From contig MU061578.1 in assembly GCA_013265495.1 (NCBI GenBank), positions 1,683,308 to 1,747,307 on the forward strand: a stretch of DNA of 64,000 nt, given 5' to 3'. Position numbers and translations under genes: made by a program. The DNA comes from Vicugna vicugna. Taxonomy: Eukaryota. Below are positions 49,386-62,520 of this stretch, piece after piece (within the stretch, counting starts at the first letter, position 1; every line of letters starts with the position of its first letter). The notes beneath the pieces are model-generated. The model did no database searches. It was not told the DNA's origin and worked only from the letters and a program-made list of their open reading frames with translations.

Positions 49386-50229
49386 GTTACTGAGGGATGT
49401 CAACCAGGTGAACAACTCCGTGCTCCAGATGAACTTCAATAGCACAGAATGAGGTTCTGCCCCCAAGGAGGGGACCATGTACACAGTGACTGGTACACAC
49501 ACAGTTGCACAAAACTCTTAGTTCCCTTGCTCAAACCACTTAGCACTGGATGTCAACAATTTTTATACGTTCCTTTAAAAACATGCCCCTAACGCATTAT
49601 ACGAAGGGATTTTTTTTTTTCAGTTTTGAGGACCCATTCTGCGTACATGTGTGCCCATGTACATGGCCATGCACTTCATCCCTGAGAGCTGCACCTCACT
49701 TTCTCCAGACTCATCTGTAAACTGCATTGCAGGGGAGGCTCCCGTTCCCACCTTTTTTTTGTAAGGAGCTGAATTTACAACTCCGTCTGTAACACCGATC
49801 TGCACAGAACAATTGGCTAATTACACTCTGGTCATCAAAGCAGATCAAATGATGAAGGACAGCAAATCACTGGGGTCCACGTTTTCATTCTTCCTCGCAG
49901 AGAGCAGCACACACTCCGGGGCTTCAAATGAGACAATAATTCCCAGGATTTCAACTGTGCACATAAAACGGGTCCTTAATTGTAGGCCTTTCAACACCCC
50001 CAGCCATTTCATGAGTCCTGGGGCCCCGCAGCAACTGGGAAAAGAACTGGAGCTCAGATGATTAAAGTTACAGTTGAGACGTCTAGAAAAGCAGTCAGTA
50101 ATTCACAGTGTGCCCTTGAAGGCACATTTCTCTCCATGTCATACCAAAGCTATGGCATGGGGACTTTCAGAAATCCAAGGCCACCTGGAGAGAACCCTGG
50201 GTTCCCGTCTTGCTTCACCATCAGTTCTT

Positions 50230-51152
50230 CTTGACTGTATCACCTGCCATCGGGCAAGGGACCCTACGGTACCGCAACACAGGCTGCCTCACGTTCTCCT
50301 TAATGCGCAGGCTTCTGTTTCCTTCCATGACACCCCGATTTCCTGCTGTTTCAGTGGGTGCTTTGCCTTCCTAATGGACTCCTCTTCTCTGAAAAGCCTC
50401 TCAATGTTGGGATCAAAGAGGTTTTCTTGTCTTCTTTCCTTCGCATGCCAAACTCTACCTAGATGACCCCCGCCAATTCCAGGGCTTAAAACTCACACAC
50501 ACGCCAAGGCTTCCAAAGAAGGCACTAATCCCGCTTCCCTTCTGAGTGTCAGATTCACACACCCAGCTGCCTGCTCAACACTCATCATCACCCACGCGTC
50601 CTCCAAACATCTCCAGCCTCATCCCTAGGACTTAACTTGGCATCTTCTCCCTTGGACCTCATACGGGTTCCTCTTCCTGTTTCCGCCACCTCATTATATG
50701 CCATCTGCATCTACCCAGAACATTCCAGAATGAAACTGGAGCATCCATGTGGCTTCCTCTCACATGCTCACCCATTATTTACAATTAATCTGCAAGTCAC
50801 ATGGACTTTCCCACCCCCCACCCCATAGATCAGTTCTTTTCTCTTCACTCCTGCCACCATCATGCTCCCCCAAAGCCTCCATCATTCCTCACCTACAACA
50901 GCCCCCTATCTGAGGACCCTCTCCCTTCTCCTGCCACCGTAATCCATTCTCCACACTGCAAGGGGAGTTATCTTTCTCAATGGAAAATTTGATCCACTTC
51001 AGTGGTTCCCAATTGTCCTTAGAGTAAAAGCTAAACTCCTTAACTGGCCTTAACAGAGCCCTCAGTTATCTGCTCCGGACGATCTCCAGGTTCACTGACT
51101 GTGGCTTTTCCCCATCGTCATAGATAAACTCAGTGAGGGGCACATGCGCGCG

Positions 51153-51202
<50 letters not shown>

Positions 51203-51380
51203 CTGATCCACTTTCTGTTCGAAGAGCACACAGTTCCCTTTACCTCCAAGCCTTTGATATGCCATTTCCTCTCCCCGCAAGAACGTGGTCTTAATCATAT
51301 TCTATCTTCCTCCATATTCCTTGGCATCTATCCGAATCCCAGCAAGAGAGTAGGTGCTATTTAAATTATTATTGAAGGAA
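50230..51380 (+). mobile_element. L2 LINE 3' portion
   Basis: ccttctgagtgtcagattcac...cagctgcctgctcaaca...tccattctccacactgca...cttcagtggttcccaattg; tail agtaggtgctatttaaattattattgaaggaat. Confidence 0.75.
51140..51198 (+). repeat. (CG)/(CA)20 alternating purine-pyrimidine tract
   Basis: 59 nt of perfect RY alternation. Confidence 0.95.
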
Positions 51381-51405
51381 TATAACAAGATAGCAGGACA
51401 TATAG

Positions 51406-51540
51406 CTTCCTTCCTTCCTTCCTTCCACCGTTCCTTTTCTTTCCTTTCCTTTCCTTTCCTTCCTTCCCATTTTACCAGAATTCTTAGCTATCCTTAGATC
51501 CTTCCTCCCTCTCTTCCTTCTTTCCTCCCTCCCTCCCTCC
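51406..51540 (+). repeat. (TTCC)n low-complexity repeat
   Basis: Read directly from the sequence. Confidence 0.85.
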
Positions 51541-52698
51541 ATTTCTATTTTACCATAATTCTTAGATGTAAAGATGTACACTTTGTGCTCAATTTCAGTG
51601 GCTGGCTTTAGCCTAAGATTCTTATACGATTTGAATAAATTAAATCTTACTCTTTCTCACTATCATTTTTTTGCCCTCCATCCTCTTGCTTGCCATCATC
51701 CTCCCTTCATCCTTTCACCATTACCTTCACGTGTTTTCTTCTGTTCTAATAATCTTATGGTTTGCTGACTCTGTGCCTTTATGGTAAGCCATCCTAAACC
51801 CATTTTGATACCAGATATGGAAAAAAGGCCACCATAACATGAAAACAAACGTGTCCATCACCAGCCAGAGTCGCCGTCACCCCCTCCACATCCGTGCTCT
51901 TTGAAATGCTAAATCGCATGAACACTTGATTAAAAAGTCAGCCTATGTTTACAGCAATATGAGTTACCTGACTGTACAATAAGCCTGGGACAGGAAGGCC
52001 TTTCAGGAATATTGATCTAGGAGAACATGAGGAGTGTGTCATTGTTTTGCGGTAATAGTTTACAGCAGCTTCACGGTGATTAATAATCGCATTCAGAGAA
52101 CTCCTGCCCTCTGAGAGGTAGGTCTCCTTTACATTCTGCCCATCACTCACCAGGAAGCTAAGGGGCTTGCTGAAGGGCAAGGCTGAGTGTAAACACTCCA
52201 TGCAGCCTTTCCTATCACTGCCAAGCAGGAATGATTCCCCCACCCTAGGGGCAAATGTTTCATCTTTTCCATCTTCCTACCATAGCATTCCTGGTACTAT
52301 GTTGTAGTTAAATTTTTATGTCCCTAAGCTTCCTAGAGAGTTAGGAATTTATAGGGACAAGAATTTCTTTCTCTTAAAAAAACTTAGAATAATACATGGT
52401 CCATAGGGAAGGAGAGATAACAAGCAAGAAAGAGAGACAAAGGGAAGAGTTGGGGGGAACAGCAAAGGGAAAGAGGCGGGCAGTGAGAGTAGGAGAGGGG
52501 GAGACCTAAGCTCAAAGTCACTCCTGCACCGCGCACACACACGCGCACTTTCCTGAGTTCACGGTGTTAACATCGCCGAGGCAGAACCATGCAACACTGA
52601 GGCTGAATTATGGTTTTAAGAATTATGCTATGGGTCTTCTCAAATAAAACTGGCATTGATTTGTTGAAGTTTTTTACTGTCTCTCCTCTCCATGAGAC

Positions 52699-52898
52699 CA
52701 GCACAGTCCAAAAGAACTTTCTGTGATGACGGGAAGGTTCTACCCCTCTGTGCTGTTCAACATGGCGGCCTCCAGCCACACATGACCAGTAAGCACTTGA
52801 AATATGGCTTGTCTGATGAGGCAGTGAATTTTAATTCACTTGCATGTAAATTTAAATAGCCTTGTGGGGCTCGTGGTGGCCACCTTGGTTAGCACGGG
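52699..52898 (-). mobile_element. MER3-like hAT-Charlie element inside an L2 tail
   Basis: cagcacagtccaaaagaactttctgtgatgacggga...agcacttgaaatatggct...aaatttaaatagcc. Confidence 0.82.
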
Positions 52899-53087
52899 TG
52901 GAGATTATGAGCCCTTGAAAGGTAAGGGCTTTGTCCACTTTGTATCCCACTTAGACCAAGTGAGACATAAATGTCTGTGGAGTCAGAGGAGGAAATAAGA
53001 ATTAAAGCCATGTCAATTTCCTTGGCTGGGGTGTCTCCCCATAAAGCAATATTGAACATTACTACACAAGTTATAATAATCATGGAG

Positions 53088-53337
53088 AATGGTTACTACC
53101 ATGTTAAGAGGAGCTTCTGTGTGTAGAATCCCACTCTATAAACTTCACAACCACCATCTCTTATCCACTCAGGTACCCCCATGAGGTAGGCATAATTACT
53201 TTCCTCATTTCATAGATGTGGCAACCGAGGCGCAGAGAGGTTTATGATCTACCCAGGTTCACACAGCTAGTGAGAAGGGACCCCAGGATCCACATTCAAG
53301 CAATCCACCTGCAGAGGCTAAAATTTTAAACCCCTGT
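53088..53337 (-). mobile_element. MIR SINE
   Basis: cccatgaggtagg...catttcatagatgtggcaaccgaggcgcagagaggtt...cacacagctagtgag. Confidence 0.8.
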
Positions 53338-55423
53338 AGCCAAGGTTTTCATTGGGCATCATTTGATAGTCTTTAGGTCCCTGGTGGATGCTTCCCAGAG
53401 GGTCCTCTCTGCCCTCTGATAGCTGTCACCTACAAAACATGGAGCTGGAGTGATGGGATAATGTTGGGAATAACACAGTGGACCAGAGGTCCATCATAAT
53501 CTGCATATGCCTTGTCCGTGGTGCTGAGAAATATTGGATGTGGTGCCTAATCCAGTTGGTGGTAGGTAGGGATGGTTTCCTGGGCAAGTGATACCAGAAA
53601 ACTAAATCTTGAAAGATGATCAGGAAGTATCTAGGTTAGAGGGTCAGGAAATCTTTCCAGGGGAAGGTGGTCCACCTGCAAAAAGGTACACAGCCTCATG
53701 GTGGGGAGGAGGAGGGGTGTCATGTCACACCTAGAGGCTGAGAGATAGAAGCAAGCGTTAAGCCAGTGGTCTTTGGCCCGGGTGGGTCACTCTGCCTCCT
53801 TTCCATGTTCCCATTGGTAAGAGTACCCAACTATGAAAACATCACGTAAACCATGCAACATCATTAAGCAGCATGTAACCAGCTCTCCATCCATCCCAAC
53901 TGTCCATCCCAATGTTGATAATCACCAGAATCAACCACCGCTGTATTATTTCACATCCACAGAATGCTTTGTGCGAGAGACATATTTCAGATCCCTTCAT
54001 AGCATACTCGTTTGCTTCCAATACAATCACAGGTAGAGTCTTAGCCAAGCTTGCAAGTATGCACCTTAGTTGAAAGAGGACTGTGTTGACCCTGAGGAGA
54101 TGAACTTGAGAAACGAAGTGTGGGAACTGGGATAACTGAGACACTTGTCAGTTTGGAAGTAATGACCAGGGAAGCCATTTAGGATGGTGGAAAAGATCCA
54201 GCCTGTTTACAACACTTCCCATCAATCCCGAGAGCCTTAAACCGGGCCGATCATTCTCCAGGACACTCTCTGCTTGGATATCTGCGTTGCGGCCCCTGTT
54301 GTTTGGGAGATCTAAAGAGTAAGACCAGATCAATATTGCAGGGGTTACATTTATTTCTAGATCCATTTATTCCTCCTCCCCCTGCTACCTTGGGTCCAGG
54401 AGGGATTAAACGGGCTCATACTGACAAACACAATACAGCAAGATAAAATAGATTTATTTATCTTGTTAATAAGTGATAAAAGAGAAGAATAAAAACAGGA
54501 CTAGGAACCGTACGGACACCAGGAATGAAGTGAATACTACACCTAAAGCACAAAGCCCTCTCTGTTTGCCGACAGCTGTAGAAGGAAAAAGTTTGTCTAG
54601 GGGAGGACAATCAACATGAGGGTGGGGGATCTAATTAGTTTATATAATTCCAGGTGCCCATATTATGAGAATAAGCCAATGACTCAACTGTATAAGATCA
54701 CTCATCAAGCAGAAGGAAGGTTTGCCACATGACAGGCATGCCAGGCACGGTTGTTTCCCGAGCCCCCGGGCCACCCCTGGCTTCGATGCTGAGTATAACG
54801 GAGGCCTCTCACTGCCATCAATGCCACGATGCAGGCACCCAAGATGACAGCCCTCACATCCGAAATGAGAAAACAGATGCTTGCAGGACTCAAGAGGAAT
54901 GCTTGAGGGAAGAAGCAGAGCCGGAGGCTGGACCCAGGCAGTCGGACAACACAGCAGTGTCTGCATTTCCAGCCACCGTGCAGACAACCAGAAACACAAG
55001 CACCCAGGACACATCCTCACAGCAGCACAGAGGACACTTCTGTTTCTCTGCCATTTCCATGGATGTGGGCTTCTGGCACTACCCGAACCTGCAATTTGAT
55101 ACAAGCAATTCTAGGAGGGAACGGATGCAATCCGATCCAGGCATGCAGCTCCCGGCTGACCTGGCATCCTGAGCGTTAAACTTTCACAGCAGCTGGAGGA
55201 ACGGATGGAAACACGTCCTTCTCAAAATCCTCCCTAAATACTGTTTCTCGTGCTCACCTTCTTAGCTGAATCAGAGGGCAGGGAGACCGAGCCACCTTCA
55301 TTAGCAAGAACCTGACAGGATGCTACACTATGTGACTAATTAAATATGGGCCACCACGTAGCCTTTCTTCCCCGTGTGCTTGAATTTAAAGAACATAAAA
55401 TCACTCTTAAACGGCACTAGAAT

Positions 55424-55562
55424 TCTTTTATTTTTCCTTTTTGTATTGAAGTAGAGTCAGTTTACAATGTTGCGTCAAGTTCTGGTGCACAGCATAATAT
55501 TTTAGTCATACAGATACATACGTATATTCATTTTCATATGTTTCTTTCATTATAGGTTGCTA
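55424..55562 (-). mobile_element. Young L1 3' tip
   Basis: T-rich tail, then tattgaagtagagtcagtttacaatgttg...cattataggttgcta. Confidence 0.88.
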
Positions 55563-55586
55563 GAATGCCACATGAGAATTGTAACC

Positions 55587-55895
55587 TAGTGAAACAGAGA
55601 CAGACTCATCGACATAGAAAACAAACTTACAGTTACCAGGGGGCGAAAGGGGTGGAGGGATAAACTGGGAGCTCGGGATTAGCAGATACACACTACTACA
55701 CATAAAATAAACCAACAACAAGGTCTTACTGTATAGCACAGGGAACTGTATTCAATATCTTGTAGTAACCTATAACGGAAAAGAATATGAAAGCGAATAT
55801 ATGTGAGTATGTGTATGTATGCGTCACTGAATCACCATGCTGTACACTAGACATTAACAATATTGTAAGTCAACTACACTTCAATAAAAAAAGAA
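55587..55895 (+). mobile_element. Young L1 3' UTR
   Basis: aaacagagacagactcatcgacatagaaaacaaactta...cacttcaataaaaaaag. Confidence 0.9.
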
Positions 55896-58779
55896 ACGTA
55901 CCCCACTGTTAACGCTAGACACCAACAGACGGGCTGATCCTTCTCTCTCACGCTAGCCTCTCCACGTACCAGCGCCCAGCATGTGGCACCGTGTGGACTG
56001 AAAAGGGGGAATAAATCCTCCGATTCAACTAACTGAGAGAAAGCAGCTGTTTACAAGGAAATAAAACCCGTTCTGCTCTTAGCACCATGGACAGAAAACA
56101 AACGTGTACACAGAGCCCCTGGCAATACCTAATCACATGCCTGCCTTCCAAGGAAATACACGATTCAGAGTGTTCTACTCCAAAACAAAGCCACAGCAAG
56201 TGCTGCAAAATAATTGTTATATCCAACCTTTGAAGCGTCTGCCTGCCTCTTAGAAGGCAGTAAGGGTAGACATGAGAAATGACCATAGTTTTTTTTTTTT
56301 AATGAATGAGTTGATGACAATAATTTTATTCTGAGACGTTAAGGGAGAACCATCTAGTGAAACTACTGTATTTTACATGCTGTCCTTTACCTCTGTCAAA
56401 ATTCTTTTCTTCCCTGTGACATTAGGGGATAGCCGTAAGGACGCTTTACCTTTCTGACTCTGATGGGTACCATACGATGTATGGTCTACTTGCAATGACA
56501 GAAATACGGGACTTCACATCTCTCGGTCCTAACGCTGCACCCTACCTTCTCTTTCAACGTAGTGTAACAGAAAAACAGCCACACATGTGCTGAAATTACT
56601 TTGTGAAAATGCATCTTTTTCTTTTCTCATTAAATCTTTATCAAATTTAAAATGACTGCAAATGGCTGCTTTTTCTCAACTCAAAATGAAACCAGCACAG
56701 AAATAGAGGCTACATGTGTACTTTTTGCATTTGGGGAATATTTAATAGGATGCGAAGGTTGATGGCACAAAAAATACTACAGAATTAATCCAATATAGGC
56801 ATATGTGCTTAATTCTTTTTCAATCTATAATCTAAATTATGGCCCTATGAATAGATGGAGACTCTCCATTAGGATGACTTCATGCTCCAGGTGACGTGTT
56901 GTTGGCACATACGGAGGGTGCTCTACGAGCAGGTGAAGCCCAGGGAGGATGCTAAACCCTGGAGGATACAGGACATACCACCCCAACAGAACATCACGTC
57001 AAAAATGCCATGGATGAGAAACTCTGATCAGAGACACCTTGTTAAAAAAAAAACAAACACACAAATTATTCAGAGAAAAAGCATTGCATTAAGGAAAATG
57101 TTTTTGCAACCAGAACACAACACTCCTTCAAGTACTACTTTTAAATGTATGAGAAGGGGGGAGGTACCCACTCTTGTCAGAAATACACAGGTGATCTATT
57201 CATTGCTGGGAGGCTGACCGACACCTGTGAGGCTCCTGAACAAGTCCTCGAGCTCACCGTCTGAGTAGGTGGCTGCCTTTTCCCTTCCCCAAATTAAAAA
57301 GAACAGACACTCTCTTCTGTACCGCCATCGTCTTTCAGAATGATGGATAAAAGGTTTCATTTACTGACTGCTAAAAATAAAAGCCTTCCCATAACTCTTA
57401 AGAGTCATTTTGTGTGGTACAAAGGCTGGCCCAAAAATCTGGATACTGAATTCTAATTTTTTTTAAACACTTGGTATCAGCAAACTTTCAGTGTAAATAA
57501 ACATGTGGTTTGTCCTCGGGTGTATGGTATGCAACACACACACTCATATAGCTGCATGCAGAATTAACACACGGTCCCAAAACAGGCACTTCTGTACCAA
57601 CAGACAACCTCGCCAAAGATCCTGGCGACTGCAGCGGGCACATTAAAATGATTGAACATCAGTACTAGAGGTTTCAGAATGTGCTGTCAATCCATTCGAT
57701 GCCTACCAAATTTTTATAACGTATCATTCATCTAATGCTCGTTTCTGCGTAGTTCAATTAACTTCAAACAGGTATGTAATTGTTGGTCTTGAGGGATCAG
57801 TGAGGCCATTATTGCTAAATTATCCACTAGATAGCAAGATGGCATTTCCAAACCCCTTTCAGCGATGGCCACAGGTTCCAAACTAGGCCTTTCTGGCAGA
57901 CTCTGTAACTCTACTGTACAAGAAATCTGTTAGACAGTCTGTCACAGAGCCACAGATAGGAAATGTACGGCACGCAATGCTTGAAGGAAAAAAAGTCCAA
58001 CAGACCATGAACTTTTAATGAATGAATTTTAACAGTTTGCAATCTGGTGTGCAGTTTTCAAAGTTTTCCTGCTACAAAGGAATGTGACTCTCGTTTTTCT
58101 GTTTTCTGTGACCTGATTTAATTAAAATGACAAAGAGTGAAAATGCATCTTGCACTCCTGCGAAAAGAAAACAGGAGGAAAAACACAGACCCTTGCTTAT
58201 TAGTGTTCTAGACACGGGACGTGCTTACCGCCCAGTTTGGCAATGGTTTGGGGAAACAGGACACTTAATTCTCATGAAACGCTTGTCTAGCCTGTATCTT
58301 GTCACCAAGTAGCCCAGGTAATGTAAACATAATCCCATCATGATGCCTGTCTCTTTGGTTTTCTCCTAGGCTTTAATTAAATACAATTATTTAGAATATT
58401 ATATATAGTAAAATAATGGATTACATGTGTTAAAAATAATTAACAGGAATGGCAATCCTGAAAAGTAGATGTTCTTCAGCCCATTTTACAGATAAGGAAA
58501 TGGAGATTCACTAAGTTTAAGAAATTGGCCATCATGACTTCCTAGCTCTGGCCCCACCATACTCTCCACTGGAACAAAGGAGGCATTAAAATACATTCGT
58601 AGAATAAAGAAAGTATTCCAAAACCCATGTAAGTCACTAAAGTGCCTCTTGCATAAGAAACTGGTAAAAGTTTAAAATCTATTATTTTAGGAAAATAATA
58701 TGATTTAAATCAAAGTCCCTGCCTCTTTGAGGTGATGCCCTTGGGAATCTTACTACTGACAAACAGTTCAGAAACTATG

Positions 58780-58875
58780 AATAATTTTTTAAAGCACCTA
58801 CTATGTGTAAGATGCTGTATTAAGCACTGGGGATGATGACTCAAATGAGCCTTCCCTTCAGAGAGCTCAGAAGCA
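58780..58875 (-). mobile_element. L2 tail fragment
   Basis: agcacctactatgtgtaagatgctgtattaagcactgggga. Confidence 0.65.
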
Positions 58876-58999
58876 AGGAGGCGACATAAACTACTGCTAT
58901 GAGGCTGGGACCAGGGGCTTCCCTGACTCCCACCGCACTTTGCTCATCTCATTCTCAGACTCTCTCTGGGTGGTACTGATTGTGATGATGGGTTAGATC

Positions 59000-59700
59000 A
59001 CACCCATCCTACTGATCTCAGCACAATAGCTTCAGCCTAGAGGGAGCTTTTCCTGGAGCGTCAGCTGTAGCAACACAATGATCGACCAGATATCTCCAAG
59101 TGGAATCCATAAGCCCCTGTGAGACCACTCAGAAAATCCCTCACCAAACTCATCATTTCTAAAGGCTCATGTCTTATGCTCACTTTCCCCACAGATGCAC
59201 CCCCATCCACCCTGTCGCTCGCCCCTAGCTGGAAATCTGGAAGTCATTCCGAATTACTCCATTTCCCCCTCACATCTTATGTTCAGTCAGCAGCCCTGGC
59301 CATGAGTGTCACCCACCCAGGCCCCTGCTCCATCCCACCTCATCAGAACCTCATCATCTTCTGCCTGGAGTCCATACAACAGCTTCCGGACTTCGCCCGT
59401 GCCTTCAATCTCACTCAAATCCACTTTTCAACTCAGCCCGGAGGAACAAATGGAAAATCTATTCCCCACCTTCAAGCCTCGGTATGACTCCGGGGCTTGC
59501 AAAGGACTCAGTCCTTGCTTGTCAGGCCATCTCCACGCTGCCTTTTTGGGATTCTGCTGCCTCTAATCTTGCATTTCACCCGCTAGCAAATCCAAACTCG
59601 TTTCTGTCTGTCCCCTGGCTCTCTGCACCCCCTTCACTTCTCTGCACCGCGGACCGTGCCTCTTTACCTCTTTGATACTTTCCCCTGGTCGTACCTTCTG
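59000..59700 (+). mobile_element. L2 LINE fragment
   Basis: gatatctccaagtggaat...ccaaactcatcattt...agctggaaatctggaagtcatt. Confidence 0.6.
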
Positions 59701-60065
59701 CCCGGGACACTGCTCTCTGAGTCTCTGAGCGCCTGCGTTGAGGAAAACATGTTCAATCAAGCAGACACCATCCTTGCCCTTGTGAACTTTACAACCTGCC
59801 CAGGGGAAACTGTCAAAACCAAGTAAAGAAACATACACTCGAATTGAATTATGATCCACACTGGGACAGAGACTGAAGAGAGTGCCCTTCACATGATGCT
59901 TTGTGGCTATCACTGATGCTCAGGACCACTACACCATGCTCTGTGTGTTCACGTATGTCTCTGCCGCCATGCCAGGACCTTCCTGAAGGTCACCACTGTT
60001 CAAACAATCCTTTCTGTTTCAAGCTAGAAACATGCATGGGCATTCAAAAAATGTTAAGTGAATTA

Positions 60066-60185
60066 ATGGATGGATGGATGGATGGATGGATGGGTAGATG
60101 GGTGAGTGAATCAATGGATGGTAGACGGGTGGGTGGATGGGTGTGTGAGTGGATGGTAGACGGTGGGTGGATGAATAGGTAGACA
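60066..60185 (+). repeat. (TGGA)n repeat extending an L2 tail
   Basis: Follows ggcattcaaaaaatgttaagtgaattaa. Confidence 0.85.
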
Positions 60186-60727
60186 AATTAAAGAATAAAC
60201 TAATAAATGAAGGAACATTTTCCCTTATCATTTCAGCTTTATAATCACTGATTAAAACTGTGTCCTTGGTAACAAGTGCATCTTAGAGGCTCTCATCTAT
60301 AAGCTTGTAAGGACATCCTTACCTGTGGGAGAAACGTTACAGAGCACACTGGGCGTTTTCAAGCATTGTTAAGGTTCCTGCTGACATCCTTGAGAGATTT
60401 TCAGAAAGGTCCTTGTGCACTGGAGAGTTGCTAGGGATAAATGCTTCAGAAGGAAAAAGCAAAACAATGCCAAAGCCTCTTGAACAAGACAACTTGGCCA
60501 AGATGGGGGGATGGGGAGACCAGCAGCTGAAGGAACTTTGTAGAAAGGAAGGAGCGTTGTCGTTTCTTTCATTTCTGCTCGGCTCGTGGTAGGAGGGAGA
60601 AGAGGGCAATGGTGAGGGGCAGGATGGAGGGATCCTCCGGGAAGAAAGGAAAGAAAGGAGGAGGGGAAAAAGGGAGCTTCACACTCCAGCATGAAGTGAA
60701 AAGCTCTATGTGAAGTCCAAGCAGCAA

Positions 60728-60841
60728 TGAAAAAGAGTATGAAAAGGAATACACGCATGTACATGTATGACTGAAACAGCATGCTGTGCACCAGAAATTA
60801 ACACACTGTAACTGATTATACGTCAATTAAAAAAAAAAAAA
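60728..60841 (+). mobile_element. Young L1 3' tip with TSD
   Basis: tgaaaaagagtatgaaaagg...tgctgtgcaccagaaatt...poly(A). TSD aagtccaagcagcaa (60713-60727) / aagacgaagcagcaa (60842-60856). Confidence 0.88.
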
Positions 60842-60944
60842 AAGACGAAGCAGCAACACCGGGGGTGGGGGTGGAAATCGGGAAATCCAGGGACTGGGAA
60901 CTGGTTGCCAAGCTCCATTCTAAAAACGTGCTAAAGCAGTATTT

Positions 60945-61080
60945 TCCAGTGCATCCTCAGAACTGCTAGGCTCTTGTTCCAAATACTGGTTCCCAGAACT
61001 CACTTCTGCAATAGAATCTGTGAGGGTGGGGCTCAGCCAGGGGCATGTTGATTAGATTCCAGAGTTCGAGAATCCCTCTG
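60945..61080. mobile_element. MER5-like hAT fragment
   Basis: tcagaactgctagg...cttgtt...agaatctgtgagggtggggc...agttcgagaatccct. Confidence 0.5.
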
Positions 61081-62029
61081 TTGAAAGATTCCCCTCCCCA
61101 CCACATCTACCTGATGAAGCAAGGTCAGAGAGACGAAAGGGAGGCAGTACTGGGGAGCGTGTCATGGAAACAAAGCCTGGGTGGTTGGGAATGACCAAGA
61201 GAAAAGGCGGATGTCACAGAAGACTCATTCCCATGACTTCTGCACAGCTGAGGGGAGGACAGACATGCTGAGGAGGTTTCCAGAGGAAGGACAGAAGTGT
61301 ACTGATTTCAAAACAGAAATTCAAATATTTGAGCGTAGTCGAGGATGTGTCCCTCTGCTTTGAGCACCAAAGAAATCTTCTGAGTGGCTACCGCTAAGTC
61401 AAACCCTGTCCCCCTGCTCTTCCAACTAGATAGTTCGGCGCTGGACAGCATTAACCCTGTCTATCACCCAGAAGCCTGTGAGGGACGCTTAGCAGATAAT
61501 AAGATTAGGCGCCAAAGAACTTGGAAACCAAGCCTACGAATTTCGTGGCCAATTTTTGGAAAGTTGCTCTGGCACACGCAGAATCATCAGCCTTCAGTAC
61601 TTTCTAGGGATTGATCCCGTTGACAGAGTCACCCCACTGGTCATGCATGACCCACCCCTGCCCACCGTGGACGGAGTCAGGCATAGGCGCTGGATGCTGG
61701 AGCATATCCCCTGGACTGGGGATGGGAGACAGCTTTCAGTCCATCCTTCTCCAGGGCCTAAAGCTATGAAATGTAAGACTTGGGCTTCGTTCCTGCTAGG
61801 TGAAGACAGCCACTCAGAAACAAGAGAAAATGAAGCTGACAGCAGAGGACTGGAGACAGAGGATCCAACGTGGGGCTGCGGGGAAGCAGTGCACACAGGG
61901 GACGGCAGGTCCCCTCAGGAGCTGGGAGTCCTATTTATCCCCCCATGCCTCTTCCAACCTTCTCTTCCCCTCCATCCTGCAAAATCCTGCCTTGTGTGAA
62001 AGCAGCGGCATCAGACTTTATTAAGCCTA

Positions 62030-62520
62030 TGCCACTCAATGGCTGCCATCCATCCACTCAACCCCAATCACTCCCTCACGGACATCAGCCGCTGACTCAG
62101 TGCTTCGGCTTCATCATGACTCTGCCCTCCCGTATCTTTCTCATCGCTGATTCTGATAGCATTGCCTTCTACTCCACCTCAGTCACCGACTCCATGGACA
62201 CATCCTCGACCTCCTCACCAGCTCTGAAATCTGAAGCCTCTCCCTTCCCGGGTATCACCTTCCATCTCCCCAAGCTCATCCTCGCCGCGCATCACCACAC
62301 ATGTCCCACCTCTTTGACGTCTCCCATCCCACGATCCTACCACTCTTTACTGCCCTCCATAAGTCTTCTCTTTCCTAATTTCTCAGGCCTAAATGCCACA
62401 GGCCAGGACATAACCAGTCCCTGGCTCCTGCGGTCCATTTCCTCATTCCCCTCTCAAGTTCTCCTGGACAAACCCCAAAGGTGGGGTAGACCAGCTACCT
62501 TCTAGACATTAAATGCCTAC
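62030..62520 (+). mobile_element. L2 ORF2 endonuclease-region remnant
   Basis: catggacacatcctcgacctc reads HGHILDL, resembling the APE-endonuclease THxxGHTLDL motif; pyrimidine-rich L2-like context. Confidence 0.5.

Noticed and set aside
54640..55172. 147-154-aa ORFs on both strands
   Set aside because: No homology I can recognise and no coding signature.
61870..62505. 211-aa ORF
   Set aside because: Overlaps a pyrimidine-rich L2 remnant; Ser/Pro/Leu-biased and not a plausible host gene.
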